Shown here: piece by piece, positions 32,157-42,296 of the stretch
How positions within the stretch are numbered: position 1 is the first letter of the stretch
Layout: each line of letters opens with the position of its first letter
Sequence record: NC_028894.1
Length of the DNA: 64,000 bases
Direction: 5' to 3' (one strand)
DNA from: Escherichia phage vB_EcoM_VR20
Made by a program: the position numbers and the translations under genes
Notes under the pieces: model-generated
The model's database searches: none
What the model was told of the DNA's origin: nothing
What the model saw: the letters and a program-made list of their open reading frames with translations, nothing else

Positions 32157-32174
32157 AAGGGGCTTTCGCCCCAT
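32157..32174 (-). terminator. hairpin GGGGC-GAAA-GCCCC
   Basis: Between two minus-strand early ORFs. Confidence 0.5.
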
Positions 32175-32180
32175 TTAAGA

Positions 32181-32546
32181 TTAGATATCAAATTCATTAA
32201 GAACTACATCAAAGATTGCTTCCAGGTGTTCAGGTTTTGCTTTGTTACCCAGGATATGACGAATCCAAGTTTTAACCAACAGCTTGCGATTAACACCATT
32301 CCAGCAAGGATGAGTACCTAAATCACGCTCGCGGAAATCATCATCTAAAGCAATTTTAAAGGTTGAACCAGTCATAGTGATTGAAAGAGTGATACCATTT
32401 TCAAATCGCATATAAACGTAGTTAGGAGTCATGTACTGTTCAATTTCGCACACTGAACCATTTTTATGTTTCCACAGGCAAATAACTTCAGAAGAACCTG
32501 GGATGCAGTTAGAAACATATTTGCGTTCAAAGTTGATGTAGTTCAT
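32181..32546 (-). CDS. hypothetical protein, 121 aa
   Basis: ORF preceded by an early promoter/leader cassette and GGAG. Confidence 0.65.
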   Translation of the reverse strand: MNYINFERKYVSNCIPGSSEVICLWKHKNGSVCEIEQYMTPNYVYMRFENGITLSITMTGSTFKIALDDDFRERDLGTHPCWNGVNRKLLVKTWIRHILGNKAKPEHLEAIFDVVLNEFDI

Positions 32547-32584
32547 TTTATTCTCCAGTTGTTTTCATTTGTTGGTACAGGTCT

Positions 32585-32613
32585 ATAATATCATAACCTG
32601 TACCAAAGTAAAC
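32585..32613 (-). promoter_or_regulatory. early promoter with -10 inside the palindrome GGTACAGGT...ACCTGTACC
   Basis: GTTTAC then TATTAT about 17 nt downstream; 9-bp inverted repeat around the -10. Confidence 0.5.
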
Positions 32614-32617
32614 TGTT

Positions 32618-32986
32618 TTATGCGACTTTAATCCAATTATCTAAATTTAATTCACCCTTAGCTTTCATTTTTTCAATCAAATCATCAGCAGTGGTGCGAC
32701 CATTTTGATACCATGTAACATCTTCAGAATAACCAGTTTCTTCATCTTCATAGGTCTTACAACGAATCTTACCAAGAATCAAAGTTTTCAGTTCGTAGGT
32801 ATCACCAGTAAAAAAGTTTGTTACCATAATTTTCCAGGAGAAGTCATCAGAAGGACCTTCTGGAGTCATGCAAGAAACGAATTCAAATTGTTCTTTATAC
32901 AAGTGCCATTGCATTTCTTTAGTTTCAATGGCTTTGTAGCCGTCGTGGTCTTTACCTTTGATGTATGAGTTAAGATTGATTTTCAT
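32618..32986 (-). CDS. hypothetical protein, 122 aa
   Basis: ORF preceded by the same leader as 48405..48644. Confidence 0.65.
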   Translation of the reverse strand: MKINLNSYIKGKDHDGYKAIETKEMQWHLYKEQFEFVSCMTPEGPSDDFSWKIMVTNFFTGDTYELKTLILGKIRCKTYEDEETGYSEDVTWYQNGRTTADDLIEKMKAKGELNLDNWIKVA

Positions 32987-33026
32987 TTTATTCTCCAGTG
33001 TTTTATTGTGTAACTCAGTATGGAAT

Positions 33027-33057
33027 CATTATGCACTGGACCAACCCTGTTGTAAAC
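33027..33057 (-). promoter_or_regulatory. early promoter GTTTAC-N18-CATAAT with leader CCATACTGAGTTAC
   Basis: Near-identical cassette at 48685..48715. Confidence 0.55.
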
Positions 33058-33075
33058 CTTTTATGGAAATAAAAA

Positions 33076-33096
33076 AGGGACTCCGAAGAGTCCCTG
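33076..33096 (-). terminator. terminator hairpin AGGGACTC-TTCG-GAGTCCCT plus T-run
   Basis: Directly after the 53-aa ORF stop. Confidence 0.65.
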
Positions 33097-33099
33097 AAC

Positions 33100-33261
33100 T
33101 TATGCTTTCGGCTTACCAAAGCAAGCTGCATCGGCACGCAATACCGCACGAGCACGAGCCTGAAGTTTATCAGTTACCTGATTGATTCGCTTGTTGGACG
33201 CACGCTTGTAACCAGCGCGTTTGGAGGAGCCATCAACAACTTTAACTTCTTTCTTAGCCAT
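33100..33261 (-). CDS. hypothetical small basic protein, 53 aa
   Basis: Hand-translated MAKKEVKVVDGSSKRAGYKRASNKR...; AAAGAG upstream; terminator right after the stop. Confidence 0.45.
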   Translation of the reverse strand: MAKKEVKVVDGSSKRAGYKRASNKRINQVTDKLQARARAVLRADAACFGKPKA

Positions 33262-33558
33262 ATTAAATTCTCTTTAAAATAGAATGCAGGACTTATTGAC
33301 ATTGCCTGCGCAAGCCCTCGAAGGGAACATTAGGTTTCGGATATTTAACGACAGGATAACCATAAACCTCGTCATCATACCAACCACGACTTAGACAGAT
33401 AACCTTTTTCTGACGCGTGATAGTACAAAATACATTCAAGAGGTACACCGTAAAACTGCTGGGGTCTTAAAACTATAATGATTCACAAATCATTAATCAG
33501 GCAGTTCGACAGCTCCTCGATTTTCTAGCCGCACTTAAGGTAGCGAATCACCTAAAAC

Positions 33559-33813
33559 TTACTTCAGAGTAACGACAAAATGTCGAACAGCTTTGCGAGC
33601 AGCAGATGCCAGCGGCTTAGCAAATTTCAGTTCATCTTTTGCTTCGAGCACAGCGCGAAGGTCGGTTTGTACCGGGTTAAGATGTTTGAAATACTGCAGA
33701 ATTTCCAGTGCTTCGGCTTCAACATCAATAGATGCGCCGTAGTTTTCGTGACCGTTATTCCATGCAGTGCGTTGCAGTTCAAGAGCGTGTTGTAATTGTT
33801 TGTTTAAAGACAT
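33559..33813 (-). CDS. rIII: lysis inhibition accessory protein rIII
   Basis: 84 aa from MSLNKQLQHALELQ, matching T4 rIII; GAGG upstream. Confidence 0.85.
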   Translation of the reverse strand: MSLNKQLQHALELQRTAWNNGHENYGASIDVEAEALEILQYFKHLNPVQTDLRAVLEAKDELKFAKPLASAARKAVRHFVVTLK

Positions 33814-33970
33814 TTTAGAAGCCTCAATATGAGGTGAATATTTGGTGGACACGTTCTTCTGAATTTCACTTCCTTTCGACAAGTCTCTCAGTTGTAGTCC
33901 ACCGTTTAGGATTCTCCGGGTAACTAACTGGTCCGGCAGCCAATCCATATTATTATTTATAACGCTAATT

Positions 33971-34318
33971 TTACTTATAAAGACAAGGAACAGCTTTATA
34001 ATGACAGGTCACAAATTTCTGCTTAACTTCTTTAGCCTGCTTAAGTCCCAGAGCAACCAGAGGATGTGGAACGTTTGCAATCTTGCCAACCGGAAGAGGA
34101 GTCAAATCGCCTACTTCACAGAAGCCTTCAGGAACATCTGAACCAATCGAAAATACTTCACACATCTCGGGAATTTCACCCTGATGAAGTTTTCCGATAA
34201 CGATACCTGATGCCGTAGTTTCTTCATCACCAGCTTGCTTTGGCTCAGAAACCAAAATAATATATTCACCTACTGCTTTAATTGGTAATTCCATATTTAA
34301 TCCATGTTGTTTGGTCAT
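33971..34318 (-). CDS. 31: GroES-like co-chaperonin for capsid folding
   Basis: C-terminal half nearly identical to T4 gp31; exact start uncertain. Confidence 0.9.
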   Translation of the reverse strand: MTKQHGLNMELPIKAVGEYIILVSEPKQAGDEETTASGIVIGKLHQGEIPEMCEVFSIGSDVPEGFCEVGDLTPLPVGKIANVPHPLVALGLKQAKEVKQKFVTCHYKAVPCLYK

Positions 34319-34349
34319 GTATTAATAATAACACGCGTTGTTTGAAGCA

Positions 34350-34649
34350 TTAAAGGACGAGCAGAGTCTCGGTCTGCAAACCATTCACAGAAATCAATTT
34401 ATTGAAACAGAATGAACGCCATTCATTAAGCTTGGTATCAAATACCCGGATATAGCTAACTGGTTCTTTATGAGCTTCTGGACCAGGGGCCTGGATTTCT
34501 TTATACGGCAGCAGGTCCAGGTCGCGAGTGCAAGTCATACGACGGATGCTACCATCTGCTTTTTCAAACAGAACTTCGTGAAAACCAACAGACAAAATAG
34601 TCTTGACTTTTTCACGGAGACGAATTGTTTCTTGTTCAGTTAAAATCAT
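34350..34649 (-). CDS. hypothetical protein, 99 aa (31.1 position)
   Basis: ORF and synteny. Confidence 0.6.
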   Translation of the reverse strand: MILTEQETIRLREKVKTILSVGFHEVLFEKADGSIRRMTCTRDLDLLPYKEIQAPGPEAHKEPVSYIRVFDTKLNEWRSFCFNKLISVNGLQTETLLVL

Positions 34650-34651
34650 AA

Positions 34652-34885
34652 TTATTCCAAAACAGTTTTAATGGTTGTTGCATTACGCTCTTTTAGAGCT
34701 CTTAATAGGCTATGGCAATTTTCAAGAATAGGCACCGTTTTATAGTTCATTTCGGCGCGAGCCCACTCGGATTTATAGTACGATTTCCAACGAGAGAAAA
34801 AGTACTTTTTATATTCTACTGAATAGGCTACCAGGTTTTCACCTTTTGAGTTCAGACCTGAAAACTTAACTAGACGAAATTTCAT
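34652..34885 (-). CDS. hypothetical protein, 77 aa (31.2 position)
   Basis: ORF and synteny. Confidence 0.6.
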   Translation of the reverse strand: MKFRLVKFSGLNSKGENLVAYSVEYKKYFFSRWKSYYKSEWARAEMNYKTVPILENCHSLLRALKERNATTIKTVLE

Positions 34886-35466
34886 TATTCACCACAAAAT
34901 TCGTTAATGTTTTCCCAGTTCAATTTGTCTAAACTACGCTTAGGCACATTGAACACCTCAATTCCTGCATTCTTCAGGATATCATCCCAACCAGGAATAT
35001 TCTTATCATACGTTTCACAGTAAACCAATTTCTTGATTCCTGATTGAGAAATTGCCTTTGCACAATCAGGACAAGGAGAAAGCGTCACATACATAGTAGC
35101 GCCTTCAATTGACGAACCCATTCTGGCTGCGAACAGAATCGCATTAAGCTCGGCATGAATTTCGTTGTTCTTTGACCATGCAGAATGTTCTTCGCGATGG
35201 GCTTTCGCCAATACAAAACGGTCAACCTTACTGAATCTCACACATTCTGGCTTATGACCAGGGACGAGAACGGGTTTAGGTTTATTCAGTAACCAACCTT
35301 GCTCTTCCGCATGCTCGCAACAGTTGACCCCACCTGCAGGGGAACCATTATACCCTGTAGAAATAATGCGACCATTCTTTTCAATAACAGCTCCCACTTT
35401 CCAGGAGCAACATTTTGATTCTTGAGATACAAGGTATGCGATTTGCAGAACAGTAGTTGGTTTCAT
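34885..35466 (-). CDS. cd: dCMP deaminase
   Basis: 193 aa; zinc-binding HAE and PCxxC motifs. Confidence 0.95.
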   Translation of the reverse strand: MKPTTVLQIAYLVSQESKCCSWKVGAVIEKNGRIISTGYNGSPAGGVNCCEHAEEQGWLLNKPKPVLVPGHKPECVRFSKVDRFVLAKAHREEHSAWSKNNEIHAELNAILFAARMGSSIEGATMYVTLSPCPDCAKAISQSGIKKLVYCETYDKNIPGWDDILKNAGIEVFNVPKRSLDKLNWENINEFCGE

Positions 35467-35802
35467 TTACATCACCACGAGATAATTGGTTTTAATAGTT
35501 TCAACACGATATAATTCATGTCGCAATTTAGTAATGCTCTTAACATGTGTTGTAATTATACTATCACCATCGCTGAAGCGTTTTTTCTTATCGTCAAAAA
35601 TCACCCCAAACATTCGCTCACCAATTTCTACAGGAGCTTCTGTGATAACAACCGCATCATAATTACTTGGGTGAATACTTTTAAACAGAGCATCATTCGC
35701 AAGCGTTACTTTGATAAATGCAGTTGTTTCTGGGTCCAACTTACGATGGTCACCTAAATCATTTTTAAGTGATTCTTTGAAAATATCCATTAAATTCATC
35801 AT
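35467..35802 (-). CDS. hypothetical protein, 111 aa
   Basis: ORF in the cd.x region. Confidence 0.6.
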   Translation of the reverse strand: MMNLMDIFKESLKNDLGDHRKLDPETTAFIKVTLANDALFKSIHPSNYDAVVITEAPVEIGERMFGVIFDDKKKRFSDGDSIITTHVKSITKLRHELYRVETIKTNYLVVM

Positions 35803-36044
35803 TGAATATACACTCGCTGCGCTTCAACCAGACCATCAGAACCCAATTTCAGTTGGGTCAACTGGTCACCACCTTTTAGAGTAATTTTCGGATTAATGAC
35901 AATCATAAAACTGCGTGCAGATTCCTGAATAACTTGCAAAGTCGCAGCAGGGAATCGCTGCGATACGCGGTTAATCATCTCTTGAGCAAATGCCTTCACT
36001 TTTTCGTGAAACTCTTCAACAGTAATTGGGGTTTCGCTAAGCAT
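35799..36044 (-). CDS. hypothetical protein, 81 aa
   Basis: ORF in the cd.x region. Confidence 0.6.
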   Translation of the reverse strand: MLSETPITVEEFHEKVKAFAQEMINRVSQRFPAATLQVIQESARSFMIVINPKITLKGGDQLTQLKLGSDGLVEAQRVYIQ

Positions 36045-36586
36045 CAGATTGTCTCCTGTTTTACTTGTTTAACGATAGAAGCTTTTGTGATATCGCCCTT
36101 GATAATATAACAATCTTCTGCAGTACCACGGTTTAACAGACGCTCTGCCTCGCCTTCCGCATATTCTTTTGACACATGACGAGAGTTAATCTCAATCTTG
36201 CCATTTTTAACCACAAGCAATTTCCAAACTGATGCAAGTTTTACTGGCACAGGTTCAACTTCTGGCTTAACGCCAACTTCCGCTTGGATGAAATAATCAA
36301 ATTCATCAGACAATGGACCAGCAGAAACAAACATTGCCCCATGATGCCTGTTTTCTGCACCAGAAATTTTTGCCAAATCCACAAAATTCTTTTCATCAAT
36401 CAAACGAATCTCACAAACTTTTCTTCCACCGCTAGCAGTATCAGGGACAATCTTAACTTCAAACGGAGTCATACCGATGTATTTGGCAATTTGGTAATTA
36501 GCTGCCCAGCCTCCGGCAATAAACTGTTTTTTGGCATTTTCAGATGCGAACTTGTAAAACTTGCCTTCTTCAAAGAAATTACTCAT
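36044..36586 (-). CDS. hypothetical protein, 180 aa, shares N-terminal GKFY...AKKQFIAG motif with 48978..49346
   Basis: ORF with early promoter and GAGGAAAAC upstream. Confidence 0.65.
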   Translation of the reverse strand: MSNFFEEGKFYKFASENAKKQFIAGGWAANYQIAKYIGMTPFEVKIVPDTASGGRKVCEIRLIDEKNFVDLAKISGAENRHHGAMFVSAGPLSDEFDYFIQAEVGVKPEVEPVPVKLASVWKLLVVKNGKIEINSRHVSKEYAEGEAERLLNRGTAEDCYIIKGDITKASIVKQVKQETI

Positions 36587-36613
36587 TTTGTTTTCCTCAT
36601 GTGTTGATGAAAT

Positions 36614-36643
36614 TCATTATACACCATCCGTGGTGAAAGTAAA
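36614..36643 (-). promoter_or_regulatory. early promoter GTTTAC-N17-TATAAT
   Basis: Clean match on the minus strand upstream of 36044..36586. Confidence 0.6.
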
Positions 36644-36646
36644 CAC

Positions 36647-36958
36647 TTAAATTGCTTCGACAACTACCGTTTGTTTCTGGAAGTCCATTTTGCATGAAAT
36701 GGCCAAAATGTGGTTATCAATTTTAAACGGAACAATTGCAAATGCTGCACCAGGCGTGAGTTGAACAGTGATTGCATCAACTGCATCCGGGAACATGATT
36801 TCCAGAATAGCAGACAAACGACCATGCACCTTTAGTTCAGTCGACACGTCGACGCTTTCGTATAGATAATCAGATACAATCTGACTAAAAACTACTTTAA
36901 CAATTTCAGAATACGTAGGAAACATTTTCTTTTCTCGCTTAGTTATTGGGGTATCCAA
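36647..36958 (-). CDS. hypothetical protein, 103 aa
   Basis: ORF preceded by a middle-promoter-like element. Confidence 0.6.
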   Translation of the reverse strand: MDTPITKREKKMFPTYSEIVKVVFSQIVSDYLYESVDVSTELKVHGRLSAILEIMFPDAVDAITVQLTPGAAFAIVPFKIDNHILAISCKMDFQKQTVVVEAI

Positions 36959-36961
36959 AGG

Positions 36962-36997
36962 ACCTAGACCCCATTATAACATAAAATTTTTAAAGCG
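36962..36997 (-). promoter_or_regulatory. middle-promoter-like element GCTTTAA-N11-TATAAT
   Basis: Minus strand CGCTTTAAAAATTTTATGTTATAATGGGGTCTAGG. Confidence 0.45.
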
Positions 36998-37205
36998 TTA
37001 ATGAACGGTATGCACCTTGACATTAACGATAAATCGGTCAATGACTTCAGTCAGCGGAACAAACTCAACATAGTACTCGCCTTTGTAACGTTCATTGAGG
37101 TCATTACGAAGGGCCGCTAGCGAGTTAATGAGGGCAGGAGACATATTCTGCCCTACCAGTTTCTGAAGCTCTTTATAAGCTTCTTCTTCAACTTCATGGT
37201 GTTTG

Positions 37206-37213
<8 letters not shown>
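36998..37213 (-). CDS. hypothetical protein, 71 aa
   Basis: Start MYNKHHE overlaps the upstream gene stop. Confidence 0.5.
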
Positions 37214-38621
<1,408 letters not shown>

Positions 38622-38625
<4 letters not shown>

Positions 38626-39104
38626 ACACCAAGCTCCTTATAAAGTTCTTCGCGACAGGTTTTAAGGATTTTACCAGTTTCATAAGCTGCACTTTCAGAA
38701 ACATCACCAAGTGCAGCGGCAGATTGCATTTGTCCATGGCGTTTAGCTGCATATTCAAAACTTTTTACTAGCTCACGAATACGTTCTTTTTCATTGTATT
38801 CTTCAATGAATTCAGGGTATTCCCAAACTGGGCGCATCATACGATACCAATGCTGAATAGTAATATAATTACTTCCATCCAGATTAATAATTTGCGAAGG
38901 CTTAATAGCGCCCGGAGCATAAAAAGTTACCTGTCTTACTACATCAATACCGTCCACAATAGCCCAAGCAAAATCGAAAGTTGCCTTCTTTTCAATTGGT
39001 GTACTTGCACAGGACCCTAATTTTAAGAGCTTTTGTAATGCAGGGGATTTAACACCTGAAATGTATTCAGGATTAGCCACAAAACTGTTATCGCGTAATG
39101 ACAT
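38622..39104 (-). CDS. hypothetical protein, 160 aa
   Basis: Start MSLRDNSF preceded by GAGGAAAATATT and an early promoter. Confidence 0.55.
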
Positions 39105-39140
39105 AATATTTTCCTCAAATATTTTATAATCCGTGGGAGC

Positions 39141-39169
39141 ATTATACTCTGCTCCCATGAGTTTGTACA
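39141..39169 (-). promoter_or_regulatory. early promoter with -10 TATAAT in the loop of hairpin GGGAGC...GCTCCC
   Basis: Minus strand TGTACA-N17-TATAAT. Confidence 0.45.
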
Positions 39170-39273
39170 CTACTTTCCAAAAAGACCCTGAACACATAAA
39201 GTGGCCGCAATTCCAAAACAAAAACAGAATGCACCAAATCTAACAATATCCCAACCAAGGCTACAGGTCTCTA

Positions 39274-39564
39274 TCATTTGCAACGTTCCTCTTTTAGTTC
39301 AGAACGATAATAACATAACATACCTTTTTGGTCACGTACATATCTTTTTACATCATTCATCCAAATCCTGAATTCTTGCGATGCTTCAAAAGGCATACCA
39401 ACCCAGGCTTGACCCTCAATTACCTTCACTTCCCATTGCTGCTTATAATCAGCCAATGCAACAGGCCAATTAGGATGAACTTGGATTGTGGGCTCCACAA
39501 CGGGCTTCTGGGCGCATGAAACGAGTCCAATAGCCAAACATACTGCCATGATAGATTTCATCAT
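39274..39564 (-). CDS. outer-membrane spanin lipoprotein (pseT.2 position)
   Basis: Signal peptide with lipobox LVSC; 96 aa; starts at the i-spanin stop. Confidence 0.75.
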   Translation of the reverse strand: MMKSIMAVCLAIGLVSCAQKPVVEPTIQVHPNWPVALADYKQQWEVKVIEGQAWVGMPFEASQEFRIWMNDVKRYVRDQKGMLCYYRSELKEERCK

Positions 39565-39914
39565 TTGGTGAGCTCCTGGAAGTCCTGGGCGAACTTATCA
39601 AAAGACTGATTAATCTGTTTTTCAACTAATTTAGGCTTCGCTGCCACAACCTTAGTACGTTTTGCATCTGCGCGAAGTTTATCATTTTCCTTCTGCAGGT
39701 GTTCAACATATTCCTGGCGCTGTTGGTCAAGGAGATTAATTTGATTAACCTGGTCTTTTATTGATTGCAGATTTTTCGCATTATCTTCTGCGACTTTGGT
39801 GACTTCCGCCACCGCTGTCTTGAGATTATCCACTTTTGCTTTTAGATAGAAACCACTACCAGCAGTTACTACCAGGGCGAGCATAAGCCCTGCGGTGAGA
39901 TTACTTATTTGCAT
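39561..39914 (-). CDS. inner-membrane spanin (pseT.3 position)
   Basis: N-terminal transmembrane segment then coiled-coil-like sequence; 117 aa. Confidence 0.75.
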   Translation of the reverse strand: MQISNLTAGLMLALVVTAGSGFYLKAKVDNLKTAVAEVTKVAEDNAKNLQSIKDQVNQINLLDQQRQEYVEHLQKENDKLRADAKRTKVVAAKPKLVEKQINQSFDKFAQDFQELTK

Positions 39915-40408
39915 AACTTGATGATTACCTCAACAATATCATCCTGGGATAAACCATTCAGGAGGATGTGATTTGTACTGTCAGATGCTGAAATGCGGAA
40001 CTGATTACCAACTTCATCCGCCATATCATCCTGGGTTAATACTGGGTGTTTAATTCCCAGGCGGTGCTGAAGTGTCAGGGGTTCAACCACAACATAACAA
40101 ACACATCCATTGATATGCACATTAGGTTGGGTCTGATTGATGAACACTTCTGCATCATATTTAACCAAATGGTTCTTTAAGAAGTCAACCATTTCAGGAA
40201 CAGATTCATGCAGCGCTTCTTTCCGCTCTTCTGATTTTTTATCACGATATTCTTTTTGTTTCGCCTTCAACTTTTTATTGGAGGCGAGTTTTTTCCGCAA
40301 GTCAGTCATGAGACCAATTTTCTTGGTCCCTTTATAGACATAAATTCCGTCATGACGGTCACCATATTCATTGACAATCATTTCATTTGAAATCAGTTGC
40401 ATATCCAT
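39905..40408 (-). CDS. alc: Alc, transcription terminator on cytosine-containing DNA
   Basis: 167 aa from MDMQLISNEM, the T4 Alc length and position; track ORF extends upstream from a GTG. Confidence 0.85.
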   Translation of the reverse strand: MDMQLISNEMIVNEYGDRHDGIYVYKGTKKIGLMTDLRKKLASNKKLKAKQKEYRDKKSEERKEALHESVPEMVDFLKNHLVKYDAEVFINQTQPNVHINGCVCYVVVEPLTLQHRLGIKHPVLTQDDMADEVGNQFRISASDSTNHILLNGLSQDDIVEVIIKLCK

Positions 40409-40421
40409 AATATTTTCCTCA

Positions 40422-40655
40422 TTAGTAGCGGTTGTAACCCCGGGGGCCAAAAGAGTTGGCACCCAGACGTTCATCTTTCTTTTTGGCTCTTGCTCTAAAC
40501 CCAGAATCACCTGTTTGAGCTTTCAGTTCTTTTAACAATTTGGCCTTCAGGTCAGTAATGAAACCAATCCGGCGGTCTCCCTTGTAGACATAGATTCCAT
40601 CATTTCTGTCGCCATATGCCTTTGTAACTCTGTCATTTGAAATTAAGTTTAACAT
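40422..40655 (-). CDS. Alc N-terminal-domain paralog, 77 aa
   Basis: MLNLISNDRVTKAYGDRNDGIYVYKGDRRIGFITDLKAKL is clearly homologous to the Alc N-terminus; GAGGA and early promoter upstream. Confidence 0.6.
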   Translation of the reverse strand: MLNLISNDRVTKAYGDRNDGIYVYKGDRRIGFITDLKAKLLKELKAQTGDSGFRARAKKKDERLGANSFGPRGYNRY

Positions 40656-40685
40656 GTTTTGGTCCTCATCAGTAGTTGATGGAAC

Positions 40686-40716
40686 CATTATGTATAGAAA
40701 GAAGGGGCTTGTACAC
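40686..40716 (-). promoter_or_regulatory. early promoter GTGTAC-N18-CATAAT overlapping the rnlA terminator
   Basis: Minus strand GTGTACAAGCCCC...CATAATGGTTCC. Confidence 0.5.
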
Positions 40717-40725
40717 CCCTTTTTT
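40700..40725 (-). terminator. terminator hairpin AAGGGG-loop-CCCCTT plus T-run
   Basis: Directly downstream of rnlA. Confidence 0.6.
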
Positions 40726-40726
40726 A

Positions 40727-41863
40727 TTATTCAGGCAGGATTACATCCGCTTGGTAGTCCACCGGGATGTAAAGTTTATGATTTTTAAGGAAAACATTAT
40801 TGATTTGAGCGATGGTTTGCTCTGTTTCCTGGGGACGTTGATAGGTGTTCATTAATACGGAGAACAAACCCGGATATGGTTTACACAACTCTTGACCTTT
40901 AATCGCAAACTCGCGTCGGTCTTTTCCCGCCAACTGTTTCTGGGCATCAAGCAACAGTCCCAGGGTATTGGACAGATAATCCAGATGTGCAATGGTAAAG
41001 GCATTAACTTTTTCACGAGCATAATCATCGCCAGTAAACATGGCAATAACATCATCTGCACCGCCTGCAACAACAACTTCAAACAGACGCTGGTTATTGT
41101 TAACAGAATCCTTTGTATGGTGTAAAGCACAATACCATTCTGTCTTAACTTTAAATTTGCGACCATCGACCAGCTCATAGACAAAGCCTTCAATCTCTTT
41201 CATATCACGGACGTTTTCAATTGTAGTCGGGTCATATGCTTCAACCAGGAATGGACGAAGCGCGGCATCTTTAAACAAATCCTGATAAGGGATATATTCG
41301 CCAGTTTCATTATGGCGAACGTTCAGTAAAATCAGGTCACGTTCCTGGTAAGGCAAAACAATGCGGTTGGTTGGTGCAACATATTCCATATTGCATGTAT
41401 AACCAGCTTCAGTAATTTCAGTTACACGCTCACGGAAAGCTATACGGTGTTCTTGTTTGAATACCTGCAGTGCTTCTGCTGCCTGGGAGCTTTTGATTGA
41501 CCCTTTGGATTTAAAAGCAATATTGGTCTGGTCCATATAAGTGGAGACAAGAGAGCCATCAGCCTTGGTCATGACCAGCGCAACTTCATCCATATTGATA
41601 TCCATGGTCAACGGATTTTCACCCAGATTAAAGAATTTTTCCATAGGACGAGCAGCAATGCGAACTGGACCATCGTCATCCATTTCAAACATAATACCAC
41701 GGCACTCCAGTGCGTCATCAAGAAGCCAATCACTATAGGAAGCATAGTTATAGCTAAAGATGCGGAACTTAGTTTCAAATGGAGAAACAAAATCCGTATA
41801 GAAAAACTTACCTTTATCGGATTCGGCGCAAAGCTTCATTAAGTTATCATATAATTCAATCAT
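40727..41863 (-). CDS. rnlA: RNA ligase 1
   Basis: 378 aa; KADG adenylation motif; synteny. Confidence 0.95.
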   Translation of the reverse strand: MIELYDNLMKLCAESDKGKFFYTDFVSPFETKFRIFSYNYASYSDWLLDDALECRGIMFEMDDDGPVRIAARPMEKFFNLGENPLTMDINMDEVALVMTKADGSLVSTYMDQTNIAFKSKGSIKSSQAAEALQVFKQEHRIAFRERVTEITEAGYTCNMEYVAPTNRIVLPYQERDLILLNVRHNETGEYIPYQDLFKDAALRPFLVEAYDPTTIENVRDMKEIEGFVYELVDGRKFKVKTEWYCALHHTKDSVNNNQRLFEVVVAGGADDVIAMFTGDDYAREKVNAFTIAHLDYLSNTLGLLLDAQKQLAGKDRREFAIKGQELCKPYPGLFSVLMNTYQRPQETEQTIAQINNVFLKNHKLYIPVDYQADVILPE

Positions 41864-42276
41864 TTCTTCACCTTATGTTGGTAATTCCACGGGGGATTAA
41901 AAAGCTTGATGAACATCGGCTCTTCCAGAGACATCGTTTCGACTGACATTGTGCCAAGTTCATTGGTCATTGACAGATTGAAACATTGTCGTGCATAGAA
42001 TACCACCTTTTTGCCTTCTTGTAAAGCTTCATGTATCATCCGGGATTTGTTTGAATCACTCGTCTGGTCGATTCTGTTAATCGCAGTCCGGTAATAGTTG
42101 ATACGCTTCTTAAGGTTGTTCGTCTTACCAATATACACTAGTTCATCATCAACTGAAATAGCATAGATAACATTTTTCTTGTTTGCGAGAGTAAGGATAG
42201 GGATTTTACCATCGACTAACTCTAACTCCGCGTATTTTATAAAACTGTATTCATCAGCGATTTGTTTCATGGGCAA
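41860..42276 (-). CDS. denA: endonuclease II (GIY-YIG type)
   Basis: 138 aa; position between nrdB and rnlA. Confidence 0.9.
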   Translation of the reverse strand: MPMKQIADEYSFIKYAELELVDGKIPILTLANKKNVIYAISVDDELVYIGKTNNLKKRINYYRTAINRIDQTSDSNKSRMIHEALQEGKKVVFYARQCFNLSMTNELGTMSVETMSLEEPMFIKLFNPPWNYQHKVKK

Positions 42277-42278
42277 AA

Positions 42279-42294
42279 AGGGCCGAAGCCCTTT
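42279..42294 (-). terminator. hairpin AGGGC-CGAAG-CCCT
   Basis: Between nrdB and denA. Confidence 0.5.
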
Positions 42295-42296
42295 CC

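Noticed and set aside
40370-40450. Apparent frameshift in alc from my base-by-base reading
   Set aside because: My hand reading of two homopolymer runs disagreed by 1 nt with the ORF track, which shows an uninterrupted Alc frame; treated as my reading error.
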